Below, piece after piece: positions 37,700 through 49,773 of a stretch of DNA of 64,000 nt. Below the pieces are notes generated by a model, which was given only the letters and a program-made list of their open reading frames with translations, was not told the origin of the DNA and ran no database searches. Made by a program: the position numbers and the translations under genes. The DNA comes from Halocafeteria seosinensis (Eukaryota). The stretch spans positions 1-64,000 of the forward strand of contig LVLI01000226.1 in NCBI GenBank assembly GCA_001687465.1. Direction: 5' to 3'. The first letter of the stretch is position 1, and each line of letters opens with the position of its first letter.

Positions 37700-38320
37700 C
37701 TACAAGGGTCCATCATAAAGGGAATGAAACTTGCTCTTTGGTGTACTGGTGTTCAACCCAGTGTATCTGTAGGGGCCTGTGGGGAAATTCTGCGGGAGAT
37801 ATGCAAGAAGGAACCAATAATGACATAGGAAGCTGTGCAGCGCCGAGTTCCTATTCTTAACTAACCTTGGAAAATTCTTGAGACTGCGTATGCTTCGGAG
37901 GCTTTACCTCCCATTTGACCCCTTTGGGAGCATGGCCGTATTCTGCGTTGCTGGTTCTGTAGAGCGGATGTTGTCGATTCATCCTCTCCTTATAGAGTTC
38001 TGCACCTCCCGGTTGTACAAACACTTAATGACTTCACATTTCCGTTCGAGCTCAAACAAAAATCACGTACCATATTTCTCCTCCAGAGATAGTGACCTGG
38101 AGGCATCAGCTGGCTGCGTTGCTTCCAGATACTCCTGTAAGACGGTAGGTACCGTTGAGAATCTGGTATTCAGCACTGCTTGATTTTGCGATTGCGTCCC
38201 AGATTGATCTAACTGCCCACTCGATCCCTTTTGAGTACGGCTCTGACCACAGCCATCTTCGCTCATGTAGTCTTCATTCTTCTCGGCACTCTCATGAGCA
38301 CGGTGTTGTGATGCACTCAT
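37700..38320 (-). CDS. Pierce1/Pierce2/FAP182-like (DUF4490) axonemal microtubule-inner protein, ~157 aa; introns 38070-38000 and 37865-37790
   Basis: The spliced translation ends ..EKYELYKERMNRQHPLYRTSNAEYGH..SQEFSKNFPTGPYRYTGLNTS..KSKFH, which fits the YRTSNxxYG / FS / GxxRxxxLN pattern of this family. Confidence 0.7.
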
Positions 38321-39155
38321 TTTTCTGTTCTATCGCAAGCCAAGAATCTGGTTTGTGCCTGTGCACGTGCCACTAAGATTCTACCGGCTTGGTTCTGTGG
38401 ATCAACTACTCCTGTGTATATTCTTCTATGAGGATTGCTGCCGAATCAACACTTGCACTGGTACACTATCGTGCTGCCAACAATGTTGCTGTTGCGCCGT
38501 GTAACTTCAACCGACGCGCGCTATTTCACACTCCCGACTGCAAGGCTGCTGGTACTTAAGGTGCCGTTAGCCGATCTCTTGGATTTGCCCGTGTGGTAGC
38601 AAATAGTAGGAAGATGTTTGTTTTGGCTACATCGAGGACCCCAATACTGCGGTTTGTAAGCTGATGCGCAGATCCGGGGCACACACGGAATCGGAGAATC
38701 GCCGACATACCCACCACAGCGTCTCTGATCAAGAGACATTATTTGATGATGGAAACCCTAGCTATTGACCTTCTATCCGTCCATGAACCTTTTGCGGGTA
38801 TTCGTCACGGAATTCATTCACTGTTGGTGCGTACCCGTATGCCAAAGCCTCGTTGGTCGTAGTTGCAAACTGAATGAATAAGAACAACGAGTAAAGCAGC
38901 ACCAAAGAGTGCATAGTTAGCGCACGCGCATATATCAACTAGTCGCCAAAGCGGCTGTGGCAAAGATGTTGGTTTTGCTTCTTGCAATCCCCCTTGTGTC
39001 AGGGTCAAGCTTCAACCTCGAACCCGTTCTTGCATCACGTCAACATGAGTGTGGCAGCCCACTGCAGGTGTAGGAAGGATTGATAGATGGTCCAATTTAC
39101 GCCGCTATTCTGCATATGCTTGTTTGCGGTATCAGTCCAAAAAGACGTGTAGGCT

Positions 39156-39986
39156 ATGCAAGTTGCCAAGCGAGGTGGGAGCAGCCAGCGCTTCCTCCGT
39201 CGACTAGCACGAGGATTGTCTTCTTCTTTGGTCTCCTCATGCACTCTCTGTAGTAGACAATCAGCTATAAGGAGTACTGCTTCTTGTACTACTCTCGGAT
39301 TACCGGTAGCCTCTAACACAATTCAGAGAAGATGCTTTGCGTAGGTGCTTTGTGTTTCCCGAGGATGCCAACACCGCTTGTTATCGTATATATTGCTCAA
39401 AAAATGACGATGCAGGGCTAAAGTACCCAAGAGCGTCGACATTATTTTGCGAGAACAGATTGATGAACTTGGATATAAAGGACAGCATTTGCAAGTGTCT
39501 CCAGGCTACGCTAGGAATTACTTGGTGCCTGAACAACTCGCCGTGTATGCCTCGCCGGCAAATTTGAAGAATTATAAAGTTACTCTCTCGGTAAGTTCGC
39601 TGAAAACACTCCGAAACAGACTGATTTATCAATAACGTCTGTGGTGACTTTTGGATATCTGTTAATGCTTTGAACAGGCCGAAGAAGAAGCAGCAAAGGC
39701 TCAGGAAAGGCGGCTGAACTTGTTACGAAAGAAAATTTCATCCACTCGTCTCAGATTTGATCGAGCGACTACGGATGGTGTTGAATTATATGGTGCAATT
39801 TCTGCAGAAGATCTCATCTCAGCTATTCGTGATCATAAAACATTTCAGCTGAAGCTAAGGCCTGAAAATCTCAGGTTTCCAGATCAAACAACGTCTGAAT
39901 TCAAGAAGGTGGGAGAGTACAGAATAGAGATAGAAGCAGAGCCAGACTTTTGGTGCGAAGTTCCTATTTCCATTGGGACGACTTAA
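39156..39986 (+). CDS. MRPL9: Mitochondrial ribosomal protein bL9m, spliced
   Basis: Presequence exon, then VDIILREQIDELGYKGQHLQVSPGYARNYLVP; C-domain LYGAISAEDL, KKVGEY. Confidence 0.88.
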
Positions 39987-40060
39987 GGAATGTATAATTC
40001 GGTTGTTACTGATTGTTTTTAGGATAACATGTCAATAATACCATACTAACTCCTTGTGCT

Positions 40061-40818
40061 TTATCCGTAGTGCTTCTCTGGGGGCGTATCGAAAGCCTCA
40101 GCAGAGCCATTTGCTATATCTTTGCCACCAGGTCCTCTGTAAGTATGTTTCACGAAGAGCGGTAGATTATCATCCTTGTAACCTGTGTGCGTCGGCATAA
40201 GTTGATTGCCATTATACCGGAATCCCATCAATCGATGCGCCGATCTCGACAACCCAGTATTTAGTGCAATGAGCCCGGCTCCAATTCCGACAAGTAAGCC
40301 TACAGAATGGGGCCTAGTATAACGTAAACGCATTTCCCGGACTGAAAATGCGCATTGTGTAAAGTTTTTATAAGCTAGCCCAACGACTTCTCAACGACAG
40401 CACTTCCACTTACTTGTCATGAGCGCCCAACCATAACCAGCTCCGAAGCTTAATCCAATACAACTGTAATCGTATAAATTCATTCCCCAGAACGCTCTCC
40501 ATCGTGTGGGAACCCCATGAACCACAGGCTGCAGTTTATAAGTGAAGAAACGTGAATGAAAACGATACGTTCTCTAGACAGGGAGGTACAGGGGTACAGG
40601 GGGCACTAGCACCCCGACAAAAACGCCTTTGTACATACCTTCCAGATAGGTCCAAACGGGTATTTCCAGTTATACTGAGGTTTCCCATACGCAAATTGTC
40701 CAAAATCGAAAGGTTCACCTCGCCTCCATGCTTGATGAGCCGCTGATTGGGCCATTTGCCCCAATTTTTGGAACTCCTGCCGCTCATGATTAGCTCTATT
40801 TTTCTCGTCTGACGACAT
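40061..40818 (-). CDS. Complex I accessory subunit NUXM (20.9-kDa type), spliced
   Basis: PVVHGVPTRWRAFWGMNLYDY..., two hydrophobic segments and SAHRLMGFRYN resemble plant/fungal NUXM (PVVD..P..DY...SAGRLMGF..N). Confidence 0.7.
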
Positions 40819-40889
40819 TTGGCGTCCTTTTCCCGCTGATAGTTTGTATACTACGTTTATATTTGTCGATGTGGATAGAAGACGCGGAT

Positions 40890-40930
40890 ATTAGCTCCCA
40901 ATCCTACCAATTAGCTCCCAATCCTACCAA
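40890..40930. repeat. Perfect 20-bp tandem duplication
   Basis: ttagctcccaatcctaccaa occurs at 40891-40910 and 40911-40930. Confidence 0.95.
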
Positions 40931-41664
40931 AGCTGCAAGACTACAAGGCGCACTGTGGCAAAATGGATGCAGAATCTCCCGAGAGCTATAAATGTCGGGA
41001 AGATGTCAGCAAGTTCCCAAAACGGTACAAAGGTTGTAAGAGTACCTGCTGCAAGAGTCTCATGTTGTAAGCTCAGTAGCCATGTTATGTTAACGAAAGT
41101 TCGAATAACGCTGTTCATCGTAAGAAAAGAAAACCCCAGCGTTTGGAGAATTCGTTTCTCCGCTGCCCGTTGATGATGTGGGTATTCTCCGTGGTCAACT
41201 ATTCAAGATATTCCTCAAGAATAATCAAACATTGTATGATGAAACTTTCCCATTCAATACCGTGTATTTACATGGCTTTAGGTTATTGAGTAAACGTAGA
41301 AAGTCAGAACTGGAATTTCGATTGTCGTATGTGCCAGGGTGGATCAGCTCATTGCAATATAAACTTTCTGAGAAACGTATGATGGGTGCCACACCGAAGT
41401 GTGCTATACGGTTACAGTAGAGATGACCACTTCTCGCAAGGAGCGGTGCAAGCTAGTAGCGGATATGTTACGCCAACCCACGTTGACATGAATCCCACGG
41501 GAATTCCGAGTCAGTAATATCGCAGGAAACGCAGTGTTGCTCCACGTGTTTAGCAGAACAAGAAAGCATGAGTGGTAGCCAAGAGTTGTGGAAATAGTAT
41601 AGGCTGGAGTGCGCTGGAGTGCCTTCTCCGGGGTGACGTACCAACGTCTGGCAGATGGGAGAAA

Positions 41665-42945
41665 TCAGAGTTTTGCCTGCAAAGATGGATACCAAACCTT
41701 GGTTGCTACACTCCGGACTAGCGTTGCGATTTCTTTGGCGCAACCCCAATATAGCGTATGGCCAGCGCCCCCATGTCCATAGTTATGAACAATGTGGTAC
41801 CCACTCTCGGCTTGGACGCTTTCTATTCTTACTCCACTCTTGCGCAAAGGCCGTAATCCTACCCAAGCCTGCAAAACACCGCTGTTCGGTGCATTTAATT
41901 CTGGCACTAGTTCCGCACATTTCTCCCATATTTCTTTTGACGTCATTTCATTGGGATAGCAATCCGTTTCGCCAAAGTCTGTAGTTCCGCCGCATACAGC
42001 CTCGCCACACCCCAATCTCGGGAGCACGTATGCTGCAGGTCACACACTTGCGTCTGACTCCAACATCGAGTTTTACGGCAGAATCCACATACCTTTTTTA
42101 TCAACGTCTATTCTAAACTCCCGAACTTGTGGTGCAAACACTCGTAGAACCTGTCCGCGAACTGGTACTACGCTTTCGTCGTTGCACAGGAACTTTGCCC
42201 CGTAACCCGAGCAATTTATGATGATGGCATGTTTGGCTTCGTCCTGTCTCATGAACTCAGATTCGATAGCCACATCTATAGCATCAGGTAAGTGCTTCAG
42301 ATGTCGAGGGGCAAACCGCCCTCCTAGATCGCTGATTTGGTTCTCCAACCATCGTAAGAACTTGGGTGACTCAGCGATAATCGTGGCAAATTCGAATCCG
42401 TATCGATACGTGGTATGCCGGCGAAGTCCGGCCTCCTCCAACTCTTTCGAATTCAATTCCCTGAAAGACTTTGTACTCTGTGACCAATAGGGAGTCTCTT
42501 CCAGCGGCTCCTTGTAGTATTGTTGCCTGCAGGTCTTAGGATTCCAGATACCTATTTGCTGCTGGCGCAAGATGGGCAAGGATAGACATACCCTTGGACT
42601 TCGTATACTCCCGTTTCCCGACTCAGTCCTGCTTCCACTAAGCCGTACTCAAAATCAAGAGTTTCTTTAGCCCACTTACTGCAACCACAGATATCGTAAA
42701 CTCGCCGGGGATCGGTAGTTGGAATTCAGGCTCGTAACTCACTCAATGGTATCTTCATCTGTTCCTTCTACAGTGTACGGTTCCCAAATCGCCCCAGCCC
42801 CATCCGACGTCGTGCGCGGACTGAATTCGTTGGAAATGCAAAGAACGCGCCTGTAGCCCTCGTATTTCAGCAGATAATAAGCACTGCTCAACCCTATGAT
42901 CCCAGCTCCTACGACCACTATCGGAGGATCTATCTCGGCGGCCAT
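41665..42945 (-). CDS. D-amino-acid/D-aspartate oxidase with PTS1 (-AKL), spliced
   Basis: VVVGAGIIGLSSA, TTSDGAGAIW, IINCSGYGA, PVRGQV, WVGLRPLR, VHNYGHGGAG..WGCA, C-terminal AKL. Confidence 0.92.
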
Positions 42946-43178
42946 TTTATTGCCCGTCTCGAACGAATGGTAGAAGAGCCCTCAATCGACGATACAGAAT
43001 GTCGGGTGTGTGTATGAAGTATACCACTGGTATGTTGTGTATTGTTCCAAGTAGCAAGCCACCTTCACAACCGTGACCAGGAATCACAAACGAGTGTGTC
43101 CGTCAACATAACTACCACAGTAACTTCCAGTGGGAAACTAGCTGATGGTGTCAATCGGAACGAGGAGAGAGAATTATA

Positions 43179-45213
43179 TTATGAGGCTCCTATCAACGCA
43201 TCCAGACGGTCTGCCTCCGAGATGCTGGTTTTACGGAAGATCTCCCGAGCGGTCTTAAATGCCTTCAGCAGATGTCGTCTCTCCTTTTGAGACCTTAGAA
43301 CATCAGCTAGATCACGGTCTATCTTGAGGGGATCGAAGATCTTCAGGCGTTCACTAGGCCTTTTAGGGACCGCATGCCCATGTTTTATGGACACAGCGTG
43401 AGTTTTCCACGGAAAGTCAGCATAAAACTCGAAGAACGAGCGTAATAAATCCCCAGGTTTTTCATAAAACTTGCTAGCTAATTCTTTTTGCTCTTCAGTT
43501 GGAGTTGCATCCAGTTGAAAACGATATTCATGGGTTGTTCCGTCCATAACAATTGAGAATGCTCGAATGTTACCCTTCCGATTGCCATCTTGTAGGTTCG
43601 GAAGGAGCTTCACTTGTTGCAGAAAAAACACCACTAAGTTCAAGAACGTGTAATTTGAGAGGCCACCATTACGTGTGTCATTGACTTTAGCGGCAGATGC
43701 CCATTTCTTCACAGCTAAAGTCAACAGGTGGAGTATGCTGCGCCTTTCATCTTCAGGAAAGCACATCGAAGGAAAGAACACGTATTCTCGCAAGAGGCGG
43801 CTATTGTCCATCTGCACTAGCAGGAAATGCGTGGAGTGGAAATCAAGCAGGGTAATATACAGGTAGCACATACTGCAAAATAGTTATTGAATGAGATATC
43901 AACTTCAACTCCATTTTCGTGATGGGCTTTGATGATAGGCACCCGGGCTCCTTTGATGCAGTCTATATCTTTCCATCTCTTCTGTCGGCTCATAGCTTGT
44001 TTGATAGCATCTTGAATCTGCAGTCGAAGTAATTAAAGAGGTCAAACTATTCCAGCGACTAAGAGAGTGTGCTAGCTAGTAGCGGGCCAAATGAACGTAC
44101 TTTGATGTTTCGAGACTGAGTGTCAATTACTGTTACGTCGATATCGCTGCTGGGTAGAAGACAGTTATTTATTGCCGATCCTACAGGATGAATGGAAAAA
44201 CGCTCGCTTTCCGTTTTTGCATTGGCTTGAGATACAAGCTCACGTAAGTCCTTCAGTGTGTCCTGATGATATGCGTCTTGGACTTGTTCAAATATGTCGT
44301 CATACCACTGCATTTTGAAGGTAAGTCGTTTAATACTGTCAAAAGAGAAACCAGACGAGCAAACACACACCTTTAATAACAGTGAGTTAAACTTCATCGA
44401 CGTATCCCACAAATACGATTCACGATCAAGGGATCCACGGTTTGGGTTTCCTTTAGGCCCCTTTTCTTCTACCCTTGCGTTCTTCCGGCCTGATTGCCCC
44501 CCACTGTTTCTACCGGTGGACTGTGCTCCTGAGCCATTTTCGTTTTTCCGCCAACTCCCGCTATCTTCCACCTCTACACCCCTTGGACTATCCACATGCT
44601 TTTTACTAGACCTTGAATTTGACTCGTTCGCTGCTTTTGGCTCTCCCGCCTTCCCTCGGCCTTCCTTGACGGAAGTATCCTCGTCAGTTGGTGCTGTTTT
44701 CTTCTTACTCTTGCTGTTATCTGTCGCAGAGTCTTTCCCTGTTGACTGAGGTCTAGTATCGTCAATAGTCAGTCGCTCCATGGAATGGTGCACTCCTTGG
44801 TTCTTGCCTCTGCCACCTCCACGTCCACCGCCTCGTCCTCTGCCACCACCACGACCTCTTGTGGCGGCTTCGTTTGTATCCGGGTGTTCAAGATCATTAC
44901 CTCCTCGGCCTCCCCGACCTCCACTTTGGCCACGTCCTCGACCACGGCCACGATTGCCTCCATTGGGGGTATTTGCCGCACTTGTATCGACGTCTATGTC
45001 GTTGTTGGTGCCTCGGCCTCTTCCGCGACCTCGGTTATTACCGCCTCTGCTTCTTCCCCGTCCGCCGCGTCCACCCTGAGAAGGATCGCCATTTTGCTGG
45101 CGAGGGTGTGAGCCTGTGTTCTTGGACGAGGAACCTGTATGGGCTTCATTTAAACCGGATCTTGGCTGCACTGGAGCTGAGTCGGGAGAAATTTCCACTG
45201 CTTGAGCTGCCAT
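43179..45213 (-). CDS. Cid1/TUT/GLD-2-like terminal RNA nucleotidyltransferase with RGG-rich N-terminus, spliced
   Basis: PVGSAINNCLLPSSDIDV, ARVPIIK, VDISFNN, NSRLLREY, VKKWA, GGLSNYT..FFLQ, FFEFYADF; long RG/RGG tract. Confidence 0.88.
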
Positions 45214-45515
45214 TTTCTGCTCTCTGTTATCAATATCCCATTTTCTACGTTACTGCCACTGTTTCTCATGGAATTCAGTACCCATTCTCGACATTAGCTG
45301 TAACAATCATATACAAATGCGTATATTTGGGATGCAGGGATCCGTGAAAGAGGTTGAAGTTGAGGCTGTTGGTCCCTCGTGTATGCTGTATACAGTATTA
45401 TACCACAAGAGTGTATACAGTATAAAACTTGTGTTGTTTATCTACATGTTTACGTGTTTAGATTCGATTCACTGTATGTGGTGGATTAAATAGGGTATAT
45501 TTTTGAAGTTAGCCG

Positions 45516-46252
45516 ATGCTCCCATCCAAAAGAACGAGCTCAGATTCCGTATCATCGGCGTTTTTAGACCAAGATGAGGCTCATTCGTCTTCCAAACCCT
45601 CAAGGAAACGTTCCCGCTCGGAGGATGAGCTAGAAGATGAACAACAGGAGGCAACTGACGAGAACACCATTGATATGATGTACCACTTTGAACATCGGAC
45701 TGGGTTTGGAACTGACAAGGATAGTAATAACTTTGCAGTAGCTGCTGCAAAGGGACAAGCAAGTCCTCCAGAGGGTTCTTCGTACGGTCCCAGGCACCAG
45801 AGGAGCCAGAGCCTGATTCGGAAACAACCAGTGCAGGAGATGCTGCAAGAATTGTACCGGACCTATTCTTATCAACAATACCGTGAGCAAGGAATTGCAC
45901 CACCCACGTTGGATCGATTAAATACTTCAGTTGTAAGGAGCAATGAGACGTAAGTTGGAAGCTTGCATTCCCCTGTACTGTTTGATGGCATGAGTGGCCA
46001 GCGTTTTCTGCTCTCTTCGAGTGCAGACTAGAAGCATTTTGTGACGAGGCCTCAGAAATCTTGTTGGATGTTGCTTGTGCTGGGGTGGCACATAGCTACA
46101 GGAAACGAGATGGTCGCTCCAATAAGAGTGTCGATGAGGACTATTCAGAGTTGCTTTTTGGTCACCCGACGCTGTCCCAGACAAGACCTCTTGCTGTGTC
46201 AAAGCAAGATATTCAAGACGCTTGGGAATATGTGTGGAATGATGAAAATTAG
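45516..46252 (+). CDS. Hypothetical protein, possibly a divergent TAF11-like histone fold; intron 45950-46026
   Basis: Acidic N-terminus. YQQYREQGIAPPTLDRLNTSV has the spacing of TAF11 YExYRRSxFxKxxIKRLxxS, followed by a long helix and a C-terminal DIQDAW. Confidence 0.45.
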
Positions 46253-46322
46253 CCTTGTGACATTGCTGTCTTCACGTGCACAACTTATATGATACACAAC
46301 AGCTACTGAAGCTTGTGGCCAT

Positions 46323-48838
46323 CTAAGCTACTAAGGGATATTTGTTGATACCTGAAATAAGAGCTTTGCCCTCATATACCGGATCAACGTCTCGCATTCT
46401 GGCAACTGTCACTTTCAGTCGCTGCTCATCTTTCACCATTTCGTTCTTTATTCGCAGTGTCAAATACCATGTTGTGAAGGTTCTATCCTTGAAAATAGAA
46501 GAGAACTTGGTATTCTTCGGAGCAAATCCATCAGACGTGTTACGCTCTTCATTTTGCGTTTCCTCTAGTATCTGCCTCATCTCACTCGCAGGCTTGCCAA
46601 CAAGCTGTTCAGCGTCTTCATTGAACAACGTCACAATCTTGCTCCCTGTGGGATCACTTATGGCCACACGCAAGACATAAACCCAATCCGGTTGTTCAAC
46701 AGGGCCCTTCGTTATTTCGCTTATGTACTGATCACGAGCAGCGTCGTACACCAACTTCTTCCTAGACTTTCTTCCGTCAGCGAGTAGGGTTGGATCAGCG
46801 GGATACCAAGGAGGCGACTCAGGATTAGCAAAAATTTGTGTTACAGTCGCTTTAGTTATAATGACGTCGGCCTTTTCATGATCCATGCCTAGACCTTCGT
46901 CATCAATGGCAGACAGTGTCTTTCTCAATTCCACATTTGTAATTGCGCCACTGCCACCGCTAGTCCCACCTCTCTGAGTAAGTACCTTCGTCTCTGCTGA
47001 TGCTCCGCCGGCGTCGTACCAACCTCGAATTTGATGGGCCTCATTGATGTCCGGATTTACTTCGACCTTACTTGAGCGATTCGTTGATAAAGACCTGGTA
47101 TTGAAATCTGTGAGGCGTACTCCCTTGAGGGCAACCACGGCCTTCTCCAATTGATCGGTATTTGTCTGTGCATGTTCTCCCCATAGTGTCACTTGAATTT
47201 GCGATCCTGAGCGGTCAACCAATGACAGATCGCGTTTGTCTACCTCGTTACCACCTTTGGTGGAAATTGTTGCAACTTCTCCGACGTCTTTAGCCACACC
47301 AATAACGTCAACAATGGTTCCTTCAGTACTCATTTTCTCTGTGGGACTCCTCAAGCCGGCTAAACAAGCATGAATAGACTACAGTGATCGTAGAACATAC
47401 CTAGTTCGCCAATCGAAACAAAGTCGAAATGTTCGTTCTCAATCTTGTCATCGTCTTGGCAAGCTCTGCAGATGAAGCGTTAGTTGTCGTCGTGATTTCC
47501 AGAGTTAACCCCCAGGAAACACTTACTCAATTGTGGCGCGAGTGTCGAACGTGATTTCATATTCATTTTTGATAGAAGTGAATCGGCGGTTCGCTGCCTT
47601 TAATCGTCCACCACCCATTATATACACCTTTCCTTCTTGGATGACTTCAAAGAACTTATCAACGGCGTCTTTGAAGAACGTAGCCCGGATTTCAGTTCCG
47701 TGCTCATCAAGCAAATCACACGAGAAAAGAGATCCTTCCCCTTTCGCATTTTTCCAGTGGCGGACGTCTGATTTATTTGTTACCCGTACTTTGATCATCC
47801 AATTCTGAAGAAATGGGTTCAAAGCGGCCACAGGATGAATCTTATGATCAGAAGCACGTGCGATCGGGCCAGAGTAGCCCTTTGATTCGTATTTCACGCT
47901 AGAGGCATGCTGCTGTTCAACATTGGAGCTGGTGTTGGTATTCTGTTGTTGGAATGGTTTACCCTGCGGGTAGGATAACGAGACTAATACCAGTATCGAT
48001 TTCGTGGCTTTTCTTTATACGTACACGATTATAAGTGGCACTGCTCTGTTGGAAGTTCTCCTTTTCACTTTCACGTTGAGCTTCGAATTCCCGTTGTTTT
48101 TCCGGTGTGAAAGGTACTGGTTCACCAATTTTGTCCCCTAAGCGGGTAACCAGAGAACATTTCAATACCACGACAACTCTGCGGGAGCAAAATACAGTCA
48201 AAGTGTTGCAACCTAATTCTGAAGAAAACATGTCTCTCATACCTGTGTGACTGAATCTTTTGCACAGTAAAATCGTCCACTGCGATCACATCGTGTGTTG
48301 TCAGCTTGCCTTCGTGGATGAGCTGCAACCAGAGTTGGTTGGAGTTGGAACGCAGCGTTGACTAACATTGGAGCAGAATACCTACCTGGTTTATAGGACT
48401 TGCAAGCATTGCCGGAGTGCACCACTCTCCATCGGAGATAAGCGATCTGCAGACGACGATGGTATAATACATGACGGTCTTGTTTGAATTGGCACTCTCA
48501 TAATGACAAAAAGCACTCCAAAGGGGAGGGCAAAGGGCAGGATCAACTGCTACCCTATAAGCCATTACAGAAAGGTTCCAAGGGTTTTAAACATACCTGT
48601 ACCTCTCCTGAGTTTGTGCTTGGCTGCTCTGTGGGGTACTCAGCTTGCGAATATCCAAAATTTGAAGCTTAAGAGGGGCTTGCCCATCGTAAGGCTTCTC
48701 CTGCTGGAGTATCAACGGTACAGCATGGCGTGTAAGGGTGCTATCACTTCCATTTTGTCCCTGATTCAAGTTCTCCTGCTGTCCTCCATATGCATGCTGT
48801 TGCCTCTCTGCTCCAGGCTGTACAGGGGCTGCCATCAT
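46323..48838 (-). CDS. RPA1: Replication protein A 70-kDa subunit, spliced
   Basis: RYRSLISDG; LNPFLQNWMIKVRVTNKSDVRHW..GEGSLFS; EIRATFF; VDVIGV; VTLWG; ISDPTG..TLFNE. Confidence 0.93.
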
Positions 48839-48868
48839 GCTTGATTACAGGTCGTTAAGAATTCCGGA

Positions 48869-49093
48869 TTCAAATTGTGTTGGCCTTCTGCGTCGTTTGG
48901 CGCCCTTTAGCAAATGATGCAGGCAAATATACTGAAGCACAACCACAAAGAGTACTTTGTTTGAATATGTAGACACTACGGGTAGTGATCTGAATGGGAA
49001 CAGCGCAAGGAGGAGTGGCAAAACAACCCAAGGAGAATTTGAATTCAAACAACGTAGGGTGAATTTTTTTGAAATTGAAGTGATAAATTCAAA
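48869..49093. promoter_or_regulatory. Cluster of CHR-like TTTGAA/TTCAAA hexamers plus an E2F-like TTTGGCGC upstream of RPA1
   Basis: Hexamers at 48869, 48960, 49038, 49044, 49068 and 49088; TTTGGCGC at 48896-48903. Confidence 0.55.
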
Positions 49094-49773
49094 TTACTTC
49101 AAGCTGTCTTCAATGACTCATGAGACTCTTCATCTTTGGAAGCATGATTCCATATGAAGCGCAGATTGGCTTAATCAATGCTGGAATTTGGCGTCTGGCT
49201 GGTTTCTGTACTACTACCAAAAGGAACAATCTACATGTATTTATTCGGACATGCTGCCGTCTTCATACAGGAATCAGGTTTCGGTGGGAATTGCATAAAC
49301 CGTCACTAAATACCACAGCTTGTTCAGTATGGATCATTTACAGGATGTGTCCAGTCAGATAGCATCGGAAAGTACGGCTTACGCAATGCATCAACAGTAG
49401 CATAGTAGCTAAGCATGTACCCACATGTTTAAAGGTAGTGGACACAGGTGTACGTTGTACTTCTATACGTGTACCACCGAAATGTGGCACACTCCTTTCG
49501 ACTTACATTGGCACCGGTGTATGCTCAGCGATTCTGAGCGTAGAGAGTGCTAGAACCACCATCATTGATGATCATTCGTACTTGCAAATACCGGTAGAGA
49601 CAGACGTGATTACAGTAGATGGACACCAATGCTCACTTCTGTAGACTTGTTGATTTGTTTGCATGTATATGTTAATGTTAGCTTCAAACCCAATTTCATA
49701 CATATAATACATTATAGTAAGCAAGAAAAACTTGACAAATTCTGAATAAAGTAAGCGCAACACCAAGTTCAGA

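Noticed and set aside
38400..39100. Short ORFs or an ncRNA in the gap between the Pierce-like gene and MRPL9
   Set aside because: No recognisable protein motif, RNA boxes or stable structure.
44780..45347. Pro/Arg-rich and Ser/Thr-rich plus-strand ORFs
   Set aside because: They are antisense shadows of the RGG-coding tract of the nucleotidyltransferase.
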